Shown here: positions 54,440-63,964 of the stretch, piece after piece | Numbering within the stretch: the stretch's first letter is position 1 | How the letters are laid out: each line of letters opens with the position of its first letter | Assembly (NCBI GenBank): GCA_963974055.1 | Contig: CAXBCP010000001.1 | Coordinates: forward strand, 191,471-255,470 | Origin: an uncultured Rhodospirillaceae bacterium | GTDB taxonomy: Bacteria; Pseudomonadota; Alphaproteobacteria; MPNO01; UBA830 | DNA: 64,000 nucleotides | Direction: 5' to 3' | The notes under the pieces: model-generated | Told to the model about the DNA's origin: nothing | The model's input: the letters and a program-made list of their open reading frames with translations, nothing else | The model's database searches: none | Position numbers and translations under genes: made by a program

Positions 54440-55375
54440 ATGTACGCATCGCATTACAACCTTCGAGGACGGCCGTTTCAGCTAAGCCCTGATCACCGGT
54501 TCTATTATCCGAGCCGGGGCCACAAAAAAGCGATGGCCTATCTGACCTATGGCATGAACGAGCGCGACGGTTTTATCGTTATCACGGGCCATGTCGGCGC
54601 CGGCAAGACGACGATCGTCGGCCAGCTTCTGAGCCAGATCGACCAGAGCAAATTCGTGTCCGCGAATATTGTCACCACCCAGTTGGGATCCGACGATACA
54701 TTGCGCATGGTCGCGCGGGCATTCGGCCTGCCTGCCGAAAGCCGAGACAAGGCGTCGATCCTGAAAGACATTGAGGGGTTTCTTGCCGCCCGGCGCGGAG
54801 AGGGCAAGCACGTCGTGCTGGTTATCGACGAAGTCCAGAACATGCCGCTCGAGGCGATCGAAGAATTGCGGATGCTGTCGAATTTCCAGATGGACAACCG
54901 GCCGCTGGTGCAATGTTTCCTGCTCGGACAACCCGAATTCCGGGAAAAACTGGCCCGCCCCGAGATGGAGCAGATTCGACAGCGCGTTATTGCGACCTGC
55001 CATCTCGAACCCCTCGCCGCCGATGAGACAAAGGGCTATATCGAACATCGCCTGAAGCTGGTCGGCTGGGAAGGCGATCCGGAATTCACCGACGAGGCGT
55101 TCGATCGTATTCACCGGGTGACCAATGGCGTGCCGCGCCGGATCAACTCGCTCTGCGGCCGCCTGCTTTTGTATGGTTCCCTCGAAAATACGCATGTGAT
55201 CGACGATGCCGTCGTCCAGGACGTCGCGCGCGAAATCTCTGAAGAAGCCGGAACCGGTTCCGGTTATCGCCCCGCCCCTGCGCCCGGCGCATTGATAGAG
55301 GATTTCGATCCCGATGGCGGAGAATCTCTTGCCGATCTCGACCGCAGGGTTGCCGTTCTTCGCGGCGCCGGTTGA
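54440..55375 (+). CDS. ExeA-like AAA ATPase (XrtA/PEP-CTERM system-associated secretion ATPase type)
   Basis: MYASHYNLRGRPFQLSPDHRFYYPSRGHKKAMAYL...ITGHVGAGKTT (Walker A); Walker B VVLVIDEVQ. Confidence 0.8.
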   Translation: MYASHYNLRGRPFQLSPDHRFYYPSRGHKKAMAYLTYGMNERDGFIVITGHVGAGKTTIVGQLLSQIDQSKFVSANIVTTQLGSDDTLRMVARAFGLPAESRDKASILKDIEGFLAARRGEGKHVVLVIDEVQNMPLEAIEELRMLSNFQMDNRPLVQCFLLGQPEFREKLARPEMEQIRQRVIATCHLEPLAADETKGYIEHRLKLVGWEGDPEFTDEAFDRIHRVTNGVPRRINSLCGRLLLYGSLENTHVIDDAVVQDVAREISEEAGTGSGYRPAPAPGALIEDFDPDGGESLADLDRRVAVLRGAG

Positions 55376-55422
55376 GCCGGGCAGGGAACCGGCAGATAAC
55401 CTTGGCAGATCGTTCGAACGCC

Positions 55423-56241
55423 ATGACGGTCGACGTGGAAGATTATTTCCAGGTCAGCGCCTTTTCAGCCCGCATTTCGCGTGACGACTGGGGAAACCTG
55501 CCCTGTCGTGTCGAACAGAACACCAACCGGGTTCTCGACATCTTCGCCGAAGGCGGCGCCAAGGCGACTTTTTTTACACTCGGCTGGGTGGCGGAGCGCT
55601 ATCCGCAGTTGATCCGCCGTATCGCGGACGAAGGTCATGAAGTGGCAAGCCATGGAATGGCGCATTTCCGGGTTGGAGACCAGACGCCTGACCAGTTCCT
55701 TGAGGATATCTCCAAAACCCGCAAAATCCTGCAGGATGTAAGTGGCCAGCCCGTCATCGGATACCGGGCGGCCAGTTTCTCGATCGGTGTGGACACCCTG
55801 TGGGCGCATGACGTCCTGGCGGAAGCGGGGTACTCCTACAGCTCCAGCGTTTATCCGGTACGCCACGATCATTACGGGATTCCGGATGCGCCGCGGTTTC
55901 GGTATGTCCCGAATGCCGGCACGGCGCTCACCGAACTGCCGATGACTACGGTCAAGCTGTTCAACCGGAACCTGCCCTGCTCGGGCGGCGGTTTTTTCCG
56001 GCTGCTGCCCTATGGGTATTTCCGCTGGGCAATCGGCAAGGTGAACCGCGAAGAACAGCAATCGACAATATTTTATTTTCACCCCTGGGAAATCGATACC
56101 GACCAGCCGCGCCAGGACGGCCTCAGCGCGAAAACCCGTTTCCGGCATTATGTGAATATCAGCCGGATGGCACCGCGGCTGCGCAGGATGCTGAAGGATT
56201 TTTCCTGGGACCGTATGGACAGGGTCTTTGACGTCGCCTGA
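55423..56241 (+). CDS. polysaccharide deacetylase (NodB-fold, XrtA-associated type)
   Basis: Starts MTVDVEDYFQV. NodB motifs: TFFTLGWVAERYP, HEVASHGMAHF. An alternative GTG start lies at 55372. Confidence 0.8.
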   Translation: MTVDVEDYFQVSAFSARISRDDWGNLPCRVEQNTNRVLDIFAEGGAKATFFTLGWVAERYPQLIRRIADEGHEVASHGMAHFRVGDQTPDQFLEDISKTRKILQDVSGQPVIGYRAASFSIGVDTLWAHDVLAEAGYSYSSSVYPVRHDHYGIPDAPRFRYVPNAGTALTELPMTTVKLFNRNLPCSGGGFFRLLPYGYFRWAIGKVNREEQQSTIFYFHPWEIDTDQPRQDGLSAKTRFRHYVNISRMAPRLRRMLKDFSWDRMDRVFDVA

Positions 56242-56246
56242 AATGC

Positions 56247-57284
56247 ATGAGTGATTCGCTGACCGTCAAGGAACTCGACCCCGCCGGAATCGCGGCCTGG
56301 GATGCGTTCGTCGAGTCCTGTCCCGATGCGACTTTCTATCATCGCGCCGGCTGGAAAGAGGTCATCGAGAAGACGTTCGGCCACCGGTGCTATTTCCTCC
56401 AGGCGGAACGGGACGGAGAGATCAGGGGCGTGCTGCCGCTGGTGCTGGCGAAAAGCCTAATTTTCGGGAAAAGCCTTGTCTCGACCGGGTTTACCGTCGG
56501 CGGCGGTCCCGCGGTGCTCGACCGCGAGGCGCTGGCGGCGCTCGATGACAGGGCGATAGAGATTGCCGAGACCCATAATATCGATGCCATCGAATATCGC
56601 GGGAAGACGCCGCTGCACGACGACTGGGCACACAAGACCGGCCTGTATGCCGGGTTCCGGCGCGAGATCGAAAGCGACGCCGAGAAGAACATGCTCGCGA
56701 TCCCGCGCAAGCAGCGGGCGATGGTGCGCAAGGGCATAAAGACCGGGCTGGAAAGCGAAATCGAGACCGATCCCGCCCGGCTCTACCATATCTACGCGGT
56801 TAGCGTGCGGAACCTCGGCACGCCGGTATACCCGCGTCGCTATTTCGACCATTTGATGCGGGTCTTTGGCGACGTGCTCGACATCGTGACCATCACCAAG
56901 GACGGGCGTGCCGTCGCGAGTGTCCTGAATTTTTACTTCCGCGACGAAGTGCTGCCCTATTACGGCGGCGGGCTGACCGAAGCGCGTGCCCTGGCGGCGA
57001 ACGATTTCATGTACTGGGAGGTGATGCGCCGGGCCGGCGAACGCGGGTATCGCTGGTTCGATTTCGGCCGCAGCAAGGAAGGCACCGGCGCCTATTCCTT
57101 CAAGAAAAACTGGGGATTCGAGCCGGAACCGTGGACGTACGAATATTATCTCCGCACCGGCGGGGAAATTCCCGAAATCAATCCGCTGAATCCCAAATAC
57201 CGGTATTTCATTGCGGCGTGGAAGAAAATGCCTGTCGGGCTGGCCAAGCGGCTGGGACCGCTGATCGTTCGCGGAATCAGCTGA
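56247..57284 (+). CDS. FemAB-family (GNAT-fold) protein, PEP-CTERM system-associated type
   Basis: 345 aa: MSDSLTVKELDPAGIAAWDAFVESCPDATFYHRAGWKEVIEKTF... This is the characteristic FemAB-related N-terminus. Confidence 0.75.
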   Translation: MSDSLTVKELDPAGIAAWDAFVESCPDATFYHRAGWKEVIEKTFGHRCYFLQAERDGEIRGVLPLVLAKSLIFGKSLVSTGFTVGGGPAVLDREALAALDDRAIEIAETHNIDAIEYRGKTPLHDDWAHKTGLYAGFRREIESDAEKNMLAIPRKQRAMVRKGIKTGLESEIETDPARLYHIYAVSVRNLGTPVYPRRYFDHLMRVFGDVLDIVTITKDGRAVASVLNFYFRDEVLPYYGGGLTEARALAANDFMYWEVMRRAGERGYRWFDFGRSKEGTGAYSFKKNWGFEPEPWTYEYYLRTGGEIPEINPLNPKYRYFIAAWKKMPVGLAKRLGPLIVRGIS

Positions 57285-57288
57285 CCGC

Positions 57289-58527
57289 ATGCAGGATCTT
57301 CTCTTCCTTGTGCACCGGATTCCCTTTCCGCCCAATAAAGGCGACAAGATACGGTCGTGGAATATTCTCGAATATCTGGCCGGTCGGTATCGCGTTCATG
57401 TCGGCTGTTTCGTGGACGATCCGCATGACTGGCAGTTTACCGGCCGTATCGAGGATATCGCGGCGTCGACATTCTTCAGAAAACTGGACCGCCGGCGCGG
57501 GCTGGTCCGGTCTTTCGCAAACCTGCTGACCGGCGATCCACTGACCTGCGGGTATTATCGCGATCGCGCGATGGCATGCTGGGTCGATGAGACGGTGAAG
57601 CAGAACAGGATTTCACGCGTCTTCGTGTATTCGTCGTCCATGGCGCAGTATATTCCCGACAACCCGGCTGCGGACGCGCGCGTTGTCGTCGATTTCGTCG
57701 ATATCGATTCCGACAAGTGGCGGCAATATGCCGAACGGAAACCGTGGCCGATGAAACAGGTCTATGCGCGTGAAGCACGGACCCTGTTCACGGTCGAAAA
57801 ACGGGTTGCTGCCGCTGCGGATGCGGCTGTGTTCGTGTCGGAAGACGAAGCGGCTCTTTTCAGGACCATGTCGCCTGATACCGCGGCAAACGTTCATGGA
57901 ATCGCCAACGGTGTCGATTGTGTGTTTTTCGATCCCGCTTGCGGTTCCGGGTCACCCTATGATCCGGGCCAGACGACCCTCGTCTTTACAGGGGCGATGG
58001 ATTACTGGGCGAATGTCGATGCGGTCTGCTGGTTTGCAGATGATGTCTTTCCACGAATCCGCGCTGCCCTTCCGGCGTGTGAATTCGTAATTGTCGGTGC
58101 CAATCCCACGCCCGATGTCGTGAAATTGGGTACCCGGGCCGGGATTACAGTCACCGGGCGCGTCGCCGATGTCCGTCCCTATATCGTCCATGCGACAATA
58201 TCGGTCGCCCCGCTTCGGGTGGCGCGTGGTATACAGAACAAAGTACTGGAGGCGATGGCCCTTGAAAAGGCCGTCGTCGCAACGCTCCAGGCCATGGAAG
58301 GCATCGATGCGACGGATGGCGAAGAAGTCTTCGTCGCCGAAGATGCAGCCGAATTTGCTGACACCGTGCTGTCGCTGGCGGCGGCGTCAGATCGACATAT
58401 TGCCGGTGGTCGCGCGCGGCGGCGTGTGCTCGAATCCTATGGCTGGTTAACCAGTCTTCAGAAATTCGAGAGTATTTTGGAGGGTAACGCGTCGGGTGAT
58501 AAGCTCTCCGGCGTTTCAGGGAATTAG
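57289..58527 (+). CDS. GT4 glycosyltransferase (sugar transferase, PEP-CTERM/EpsH1 system-associated type)
   Basis: Starts MQDLLFLVHRIPFPPNKGDKIRSWNILEYL, characteristic of this subfamily. C-terminal donor-binding GT-B half is present. Confidence 0.8.
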   Translation: MQDLLFLVHRIPFPPNKGDKIRSWNILEYLAGRYRVHVGCFVDDPHDWQFTGRIEDIAASTFFRKLDRRRGLVRSFANLLTGDPLTCGYYRDRAMACWVDETVKQNRISRVFVYSSSMAQYIPDNPAADARVVVDFVDIDSDKWRQYAERKPWPMKQVYAREARTLFTVEKRVAAAADAAVFVSEDEAALFRTMSPDTAANVHGIANGVDCVFFDPACGSGSPYDPGQTTLVFTGAMDYWANVDAVCWFADDVFPRIRAALPACEFVIVGANPTPDVVKLGTRAGITVTGRVADVRPYIVHATISVAPLRVARGIQNKVLEAMALEKAVVATLQAMEGIDATDGEEVFVAEDAAEFADTVLSLAAASDRHIAGGRARRRVLESYGWLTSLQKFESILEGNASGDKLSGVSGN

Positions 58528-58540
58528 TAGAGTGAGTCAA

Positions 58541-60124
58541 ATGCAGTCCGGCACCGATGGCGAAGACGTCGAAGCGACCGCTTCGGCAACGGCGTCGCCT
58601 GTCAGCGATATGGCCGTTTCGGAACGATGGCGCTTGGCATTGATCGCCGTGTCGGTCGCGATCGTCGGATTGTGCGCCGTCTTCTGGGGCACCGCCAGCC
58701 AGATGGTCGAAACGTGGTACGAATCCGCGACGTTCAACCATGGCTTCATGATCGTTCCGATATGCGGCTGGCTTATCTGGGAGCGCCGGGAGGCGATCGT
58801 GAAATATGTCCCGAAACCCGATTTCCGGGGTCTTGGGATTATTGCGGTCTGCATGGTCATATGGACCGTCGCGGATGCGGCAAGCGTTCAGTCCATCATG
58901 CAGTTCGCGCTGGTCGGAATGATCCAGGGGGCCGTACTGACCGTGCTCGGCTGGCGCCTGGTCCGGGCGATGCTGTTTCCGCTCGTGTTCCTGTTTTTTG
59001 CCGTTCCGTTCGGCGACTTTCTGATTCCGACATTGCAGGACGTGACCGCGGCGATGGTCGTCGAGGGTCTGCGGATAATCGACATCCCGGTCTTTATCGA
59101 CGGCGTTTTTCTGTCGATTCCAAGCGGCAACTTCGAAGTCGCCGAGGCCTGTTCCGGGGTGCGTTTCCTTATCGCGACGATCGCGCTGGGCTGTCTGTTT
59201 GCCAATCTCAGCTTCCGCACCCCGCTGCGCAGGTCGATCATCCTGTTTCTCGCCGTCCTTGTGCCGATTGTCGCCAACGGGATTCGCGCCTTCGGCATCG
59301 TTTATATCGCACACATCACCGATCATACGGTTGCCGTCGGGGTCGATCACCTGGTGTACGGGTGGATATTCTTCGCGTTCGTCACGATCGTATTGCTGGC
59401 GATCGGGATGACGTTTCGCGAAACCGATGGCGACAATGAAATTTACATGCCGACCGACGATGACCGCGTTGCCGGCCGGTTCAGCAATCCGAAAGGGCTG
59501 ATCGCCGGTGCGGTAGCGTCTCTGGCAATTGCGGTGGTCGGTCCGGCCTATGCCGGTGTGATGCTTGAACGCGGCGTGGTAAGGGTTATTGCGCCGCTGG
59601 CGGCGCCCGCCGTCGGGAACGGCTGGGAGCCGGTCGGCAAGGCGGAGACTGCGTGGCGGCCGAAATTTATCGGCGCAGATGCCGAACTGATGACGTCGTA
59701 CCGGAAGTCGGGCGCGCGGGTGCATCTGTATATGGCCTATTACACCCATCAACGGCAGGGCGCGGAGCTCGTCAATTTCGCCAATACATCCGTCGATCGG
59801 AACTGGCAGCGGTCGGGAAGCGGATTCACCCCGGTCCAGATCGGCAGTACCGACCAGGTGGTGAAATCGACCCGGTTGCTGGGGCGCAACAGTCGTCGTC
59901 TGGTCTGGGAATGGTACTGGATCGGCGGGAATTTCACCTCGGACCGGTATTTTGCGAAGGTTTACGAAGCGATTGCCAAACTTTTCGGTCGGCACAAGGA
60001 AGCCGCGGCCATCGTCGTGGCTGCCGATTTCGACGAAAGCGTCGCCGACGCCGACCGAACCCTGCGGGACTTTCTCGCCAATCTCGGCAGCATCGAAGAG
60101 ACGCTGCATAAATCAACGCGATGA
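58541..60124 (+). CDS. xrtA: exosortase A (XrtA) fused to EpsI domain
   Basis: 8-TM exosortase domain with the conserved ATFNHGF block, the catalytic Cys motif EACSGVRFLI and Arg motif ANGIRAFG. C-terminal ~220 aa: EpsI/DUF3485-like periplasmic domain. Start ambiguous (GTG 58496 or ATG 58541). Confidence 0.8.
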   Translation: MQSGTDGEDVEATASATASPVSDMAVSERWRLALIAVSVAIVGLCAVFWGTASQMVETWYESATFNHGFMIVPICGWLIWERREAIVKYVPKPDFRGLGIIAVCMVIWTVADAASVQSIMQFALVGMIQGAVLTVLGWRLVRAMLFPLVFLFFAVPFGDFLIPTLQDVTAAMVVEGLRIIDIPVFIDGVFLSIPSGNFEVAEACSGVRFLIATIALGCLFANLSFRTPLRRSIILFLAVLVPIVANGIRAFGIVYIAHITDHTVAVGVDHLVYGWIFFAFVTIVLLAIGMTFRETDGDNEIYMPTDDDRVAGRFSNPKGLIAGAVASLAIAVVGPAYAGVMLERGVVRVIAPLAAPAVGNGWEPVGKAETAWRPKFIGADAELMTSYRKSGARVHLYMAYYTHQRQGAELVNFANTSVDRNWQRSGSGFTPVQIGSTDQVVKSTRLLGRNSRRLVWEWYWIGGNFTSDRYFAKVYEAIAKLFGRHKEAAAIVVAADFDESVADADRTLRDFLANLGSIEETLHKSTR

Positions 60125-60177
60125 TGACCGCCGGGCCGGATAGCCGCCTATCCCGCGGCAATGGAGACAAATTGTAA

Positions 60178-62112
60178 ATGTGCGGAATTACAGGCCTGTT
60201 CGACACCGTCGGTCGCAGCGAGATCGATCGCGGTTTGTTGACGCGCATGAATGACAGCCATCGTCACAGGGGCCCGGACGGAGACGGTGTGTTCCTGGAC
60301 GACGGTATCGGCCTGGGACACCGCCGGCTTTCGATTATCGACCTTTCGGGCGGCGCGCAGCCGTTGTTCAACGAAGACGAATCCGTCGTCGTCGTCTTTA
60401 ACGGCGAGATCTATAATTTTCAGGAGCTTTCCAAGGAGCTGATCGAAGCCGGTCACCGGTTCCGGACCCACAGCGACACCGAAGTCATCGTGCATGCCTG
60501 GGAAGAATGGGGACAGGCCTGCGTCGACCGTTTCCGCGGCATGTTCGCCTTTGCGCTTTGGGACCGGAAGAAAGAAACGCTGTTCCTGGTGCGCGACCGT
60601 CTCGGGATCAAGCCCCTGTATTATGCGGTCCTCCCCAACGGGACCCTTATTTTCGGTTCCGAGCTGAAATCGCTGCTGCTGCATCCGGCCTTCGAGCGGA
60701 AACTGGACCCGACCGCGGTCGAGGAGTATTTCGCCTATGGATACGTTCCCGACCCGAAAACCATCTATGCCGGCGCGCACAAGCTTGCTCCCGGCCATCT
60801 GATCAAGTGGCGCCGGGGCGACAGCCGCCCGCGGCCGCAAAAGTACTGGGATATCAGCTTCGATCCGTCGGACCACCGGGACGAAGGCGAAATCTGCGAA
60901 GACCTGATCGAACAGATGCGCGAAGCGGTAAAACTGCGGATGATCGCCGATGTGCCGCTCGGCGCGTTCCTGTCCGGCGGGGTGGATTCCAGCGCCGTTG
61001 TCGCGATGATGGCGGGCGAGGACAGCGATCCGGTGAATTCCTGCTCGATATCCTTCGCAGACCCGAAGTTCGACGAATCCCGATATGCCCAGACGGTGGC
61101 CGACCGGTACGGAACGGATCATTTCGTCGACCAGGTCGATCCCGACGCCTTCGATCTCGTAGACCGTCTGGCGAATATGTATGACGAACCGTTCGCGGAT
61201 TCATCCGCGATGCCGACTTACCGGGTATGCGAACTGGCCCGCAAACGGGTTACCGTCGCCCTTTCCGGCGATGGCGGCGACGAAATCTTCGCCGGTTACC
61301 GCCGCTACCGATGGCATGATTATGAGGAACGGGTCAGAGGGATTTTACCCGATGCGATCCGCAAGCCGCTCTTCGGGTTTCTCGGCGCCGCCTATCCGAA
61401 AATGGATTGGGCGCCGAAACCGCTGCGGGCGAAATCGACCCTTCAGGCGATCGGGCGCGATACGGTAGGCGGTTTTTTCCACAGCGTGTCCGTGTTGTAC
61501 GACGGCGTCCGGCAGCCCATCTACAGCGATGCGTTTCGCAACGATCTCCAAGGGTACCACGCGCGGGAGGTGCTCGATAACGTCATGGCAGATGCGCCGG
61601 CCGACGACCATACGTCCCGCGTGCAATACGCCGATCTCAAGACCTATTTGCCGGGCGATATTCTGACCAAGGTCGACCGGGCGAGCATGGCACATTCGCT
61701 GGAAGTGCGTGTGCCGTTGCTCGATCACAAATTCGTCGAATGGTCGGCGCGGCTTCCGTCCGCGCTCAAGCTGCGTGGCCGCGAAGGGAAGTATATTTTC
61801 AAGAAAGCGCTGGAACCGCATCTCGGCAATGACATCCTCTACCGTTCCAAGATGGGATTTTCCGTACCGCTGGGCACCTGGTTCAGGGGACCGCTCAGGG
61901 AACGGGTCGAGACGGCGCTGTGCGGAGAGACACTGGCGGATACGGGCATGTTCGACGTAAACCAGTTGAAGACAATCGTTTCCGAGCACCAGTCGGGCGT
62001 GCGCGAACATTCTGCGGTCATGTGGGCGCTGCTGATGTTTGAGAGTTTTCTCCGGCAGGTGCACAATGAGGCTGGAATACCGGAAAATGTTTCGAACCCG
62101 GCGGATGCCTGA
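60178..62112 (+). CDS. asnB: asparagine synthase (glutamine-hydrolysing), XrtA/PEP-CTERM system amidotransferase type
   Basis: Starts MCGITGLFD with the Cys2 nucleophile. PP-loop FLSGGVDSSAV. 644 aa. Confidence 0.9.
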   Translation: MCGITGLFDTVGRSEIDRGLLTRMNDSHRHRGPDGDGVFLDDGIGLGHRRLSIIDLSGGAQPLFNEDESVVVVFNGEIYNFQELSKELIEAGHRFRTHSDTEVIVHAWEEWGQACVDRFRGMFAFALWDRKKETLFLVRDRLGIKPLYYAVLPNGTLIFGSELKSLLLHPAFERKLDPTAVEEYFAYGYVPDPKTIYAGAHKLAPGHLIKWRRGDSRPRPQKYWDISFDPSDHRDEGEICEDLIEQMREAVKLRMIADVPLGAFLSGGVDSSAVVAMMAGEDSDPVNSCSISFADPKFDESRYAQTVADRYGTDHFVDQVDPDAFDLVDRLANMYDEPFADSSAMPTYRVCELARKRVTVALSGDGGDEIFAGYRRYRWHDYEERVRGILPDAIRKPLFGFLGAAYPKMDWAPKPLRAKSTLQAIGRDTVGGFFHSVSVLYDGVRQPIYSDAFRNDLQGYHAREVLDNVMADAPADDHTSRVQYADLKTYLPGDILTKVDRASMAHSLEVRVPLLDHKFVEWSARLPSALKLRGREGKYIFKKALEPHLGNDILYRSKMGFSVPLGTWFRGPLRERVETALCGETLADTGMFDVNQLKTIVSEHQSGVREHSAVMWALLMFESFLRQVHNEAGIPENVSNPADA

Positions 62113-62967
62113 ATGACCCAAGAACTTTTCGCCACTGTTTACCGCATGTATGCGCCGTCGGCATGTCGCGCGGCGAAACTTCTTCGCCAGGTGTTGGCGG
62201 GAGCGGCGACCTGTTTGTGCATTTTGGTCGCTTCGGGGGCGCCGGTTGCCGCTGACGACGCGCTGGTGGATACGATCGTGCAGATCAAACCGAGCATTGT
62301 GGGTGTCGGCACTTTCCAGGAAATCCGCCGTCCGCCGTCCAATCTGCTTGGCACCGGTTTCAACGTGATCGACGACCGGCACATCCTGACGAATTCCCAT
62401 GTTCTGCCCAAATCGATTAAAAATTCCCGGCGCGAATATTACTGCATTTTCGTTGGCACTGGCCGAAGCGCGAAAATCGTGCGGGTCAGCGTTGTCATGC
62501 GCGACGAGGCGCATGACCTTGCGCTGCTGCGGGCGGACCGGCCCCTTACGTCCAAACCGCTCCGGTTGCGGTCGGCGGTCAACGCCAGGGAAGGGATGTC
62601 CGTGGCGTTTACCGGCTTTCCGATCGGGGCGGTGCTCGGTCTTTATCCGGTAACCCACCGCGGCATGATTTCGGCGAAAACCCCCATTGCGATTCCGCAG
62701 GCATCGCCAAAGCGGCTCGATCCCAAAATGATAAAGCGGCTGCGGGGCAGTTTCGAGGTCTTTCAACTCGACGCGACCGCCTATCCCGGCAATAGCGGCA
62801 GCCCGTTATACGACCCGAACAATGGCGACGTCGTGGGCATCGTCAGCAGCGTTTTTGTAAAGTCTTCCAAGGAAAAGGCGCTGTCCGATCCCAGCGGCAT
62901 AACCTATGCCATCCCGTCGGACGTCGCTATTCAGCTCCTGCAAAGAGCAGGTTTGCTCAAACCCTGA
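62113..62967 (+). CDS. trypsin-like (S1 family) serine protease, catalytic domain only
   Basis: Signal peptide LAGAATCLCILVASGAPVAA. Catalytic triad contexts: TNSHV (His), DLALL (Asp), GNSGSP (Ser). No PDZ domain. The ATG abuts the asnB stop. Confidence 0.75.
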   Translation: MTQELFATVYRMYAPSACRAAKLLRQVLAGAATCLCILVASGAPVAADDALVDTIVQIKPSIVGVGTFQEIRRPPSNLLGTGFNVIDDRHILTNSHVLPKSIKNSRREYYCIFVGTGRSAKIVRVSVVMRDEAHDLALLRADRPLTSKPLRLRSAVNAREGMSVAFTGFPIGAVLGLYPVTHRGMISAKTPIAIPQASPKRLDPKMIKRLRGSFEVFQLDATAYPGNSGSPLYDPNNGDVVGIVSSVFVKSSKEKALSDPSGITYAIPSDVAIQLLQRAGLLKP

Positions 62968-63010
62968 AGCATTGCGGGGCTGCCGGCCAATCGTCCAGTT
63001 CGAACCGGTA

Positions 63011-63964
63011 TCAGGCCTGTGCACTCAGCCGCCAGATAATCCAGATGATCGAAAACAGACCGAGCGCTGCCAGTGTAATCGGCGACTGGATGAACGGCAG
63101 TATGTTGTCTTCCAGAAAGGCGATGACGCGTTGCAGCGCGTTCGATTTTCCGCCGAGCTGTTTCGGCGGTTCTTTACCGCCGGCGCCGCCGGTTGTCCGC
63201 TGGACTGTGCCGGAGGGCCTCAGGGGCTGATCGCCCTGGGCGAATTTGATCGCAGTGCCCCCGTTCAGGTCTACGACGAAGAAGCTGTTATTTTCCTGCA
63301 GGTGCAACAGCGCGAAATCGCCGAATCCGGCGATCGAAAAGGTCACCATGCCGTCAGTCGTCTGTTCAGGGTTGAGAAGCGTGACGACCAGGTCGGTCAC
63401 CGTCGCATCGATCACCGAAGCGATCAGCCCGCCGCTGGCGCTTTGCCCGCCCCCGCTTTCGCCGCCCGGTGCGGCTTCGCCGGGCACGGAATTTACAAGT
63501 GCGCGCACGATATCTGCCGTCGAGCCGGTCGATTCCCCGGCCGTTGCACCGGTATTTTCCCGGGGGTCGGAAAGCGCCTGGTTTTCCGCGCCGCCGGTCA
63601 GTTCGTCACGGACCGTCCGCGTCAGGTCATTGTCCTCGGCCCCCTGCAGTCCGCTCGTGCCCTGATCGCCGATAATCGTGAAGCCGGAACCGGCCGCCCC
63701 GCCGATTTCCGTATTATTCGAGATTTCGGGCGGTGTGGCGCCCAGGCTTCCGGCGGGCGGCACCCGTGGGGCCGTCAGCGGGGCCTGAAGACCCGGTTGC
63801 GCCGATTGCAGGATTGTGGGTCCGGACAGGACGGTATTCTGAACTGCCGTAAGCATCATCGATACTGCGATCGCCTGCAGCGGGAGGATCAAACCCCGCA
63901 CCTTTAGTTTCAGCTCATTGAAAATGGCTGTAGCTGTTATTTTCGACTGGTTGTCTTGGCGCAT
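63011..63964 (-). CDS. secreted Gly/Thr/Ala-rich protein with degenerate PEP-CTERM-like C-terminal anchor (candidate exosortase substrate)
   Basis: N-terminal signal-like segment (KLKVRGLILPLQAIAVSMMLTA). Long G/T/A/S-rich low-complexity middle. C-terminus ...PFIQSPITLAALGLFSIIWIIWRLSAQA: a Pro-containing turn, a ~16-residue hydrophobic helix, then a short polar tail with a single Arg. Confidence 0.45.
   Translation of the reverse strand: MRQDNQSKITATAIFNELKLKVRGLILPLQAIAVSMMLTAVQNTVLSGPTILQSAQPGLQAPLTAPRVPPAGSLGATPPEISNNTEIGGAAGSGFTIIGDQGTSGLQGAEDNDLTRTVRDELTGGAENQALSDPRENTGATAGESTGSTADIVRALVNSVPGEAAPGGESGGGQSASGGLIASVIDATVTDLVVTLLNPEQTTDGMVTFSIAGFGDFALLHLQENNSFFVVDLNGGTAIKFAQGDQPLRPSGTVQRTTGGAGGKEPPKQLGGKSNALQRVIAFLEDNILPFIQSPITLAALGLFSIIWIIWRLSAQA

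Noticed and set aside
58151-60109. 652-aa minus-strand ORF antisense to XrtA-EpsI and the GT4 gene
   Set aside because: Arg/Asp/His-rich, no motifs. Opposite strand encodes conserved exosortase catalytic motifs.
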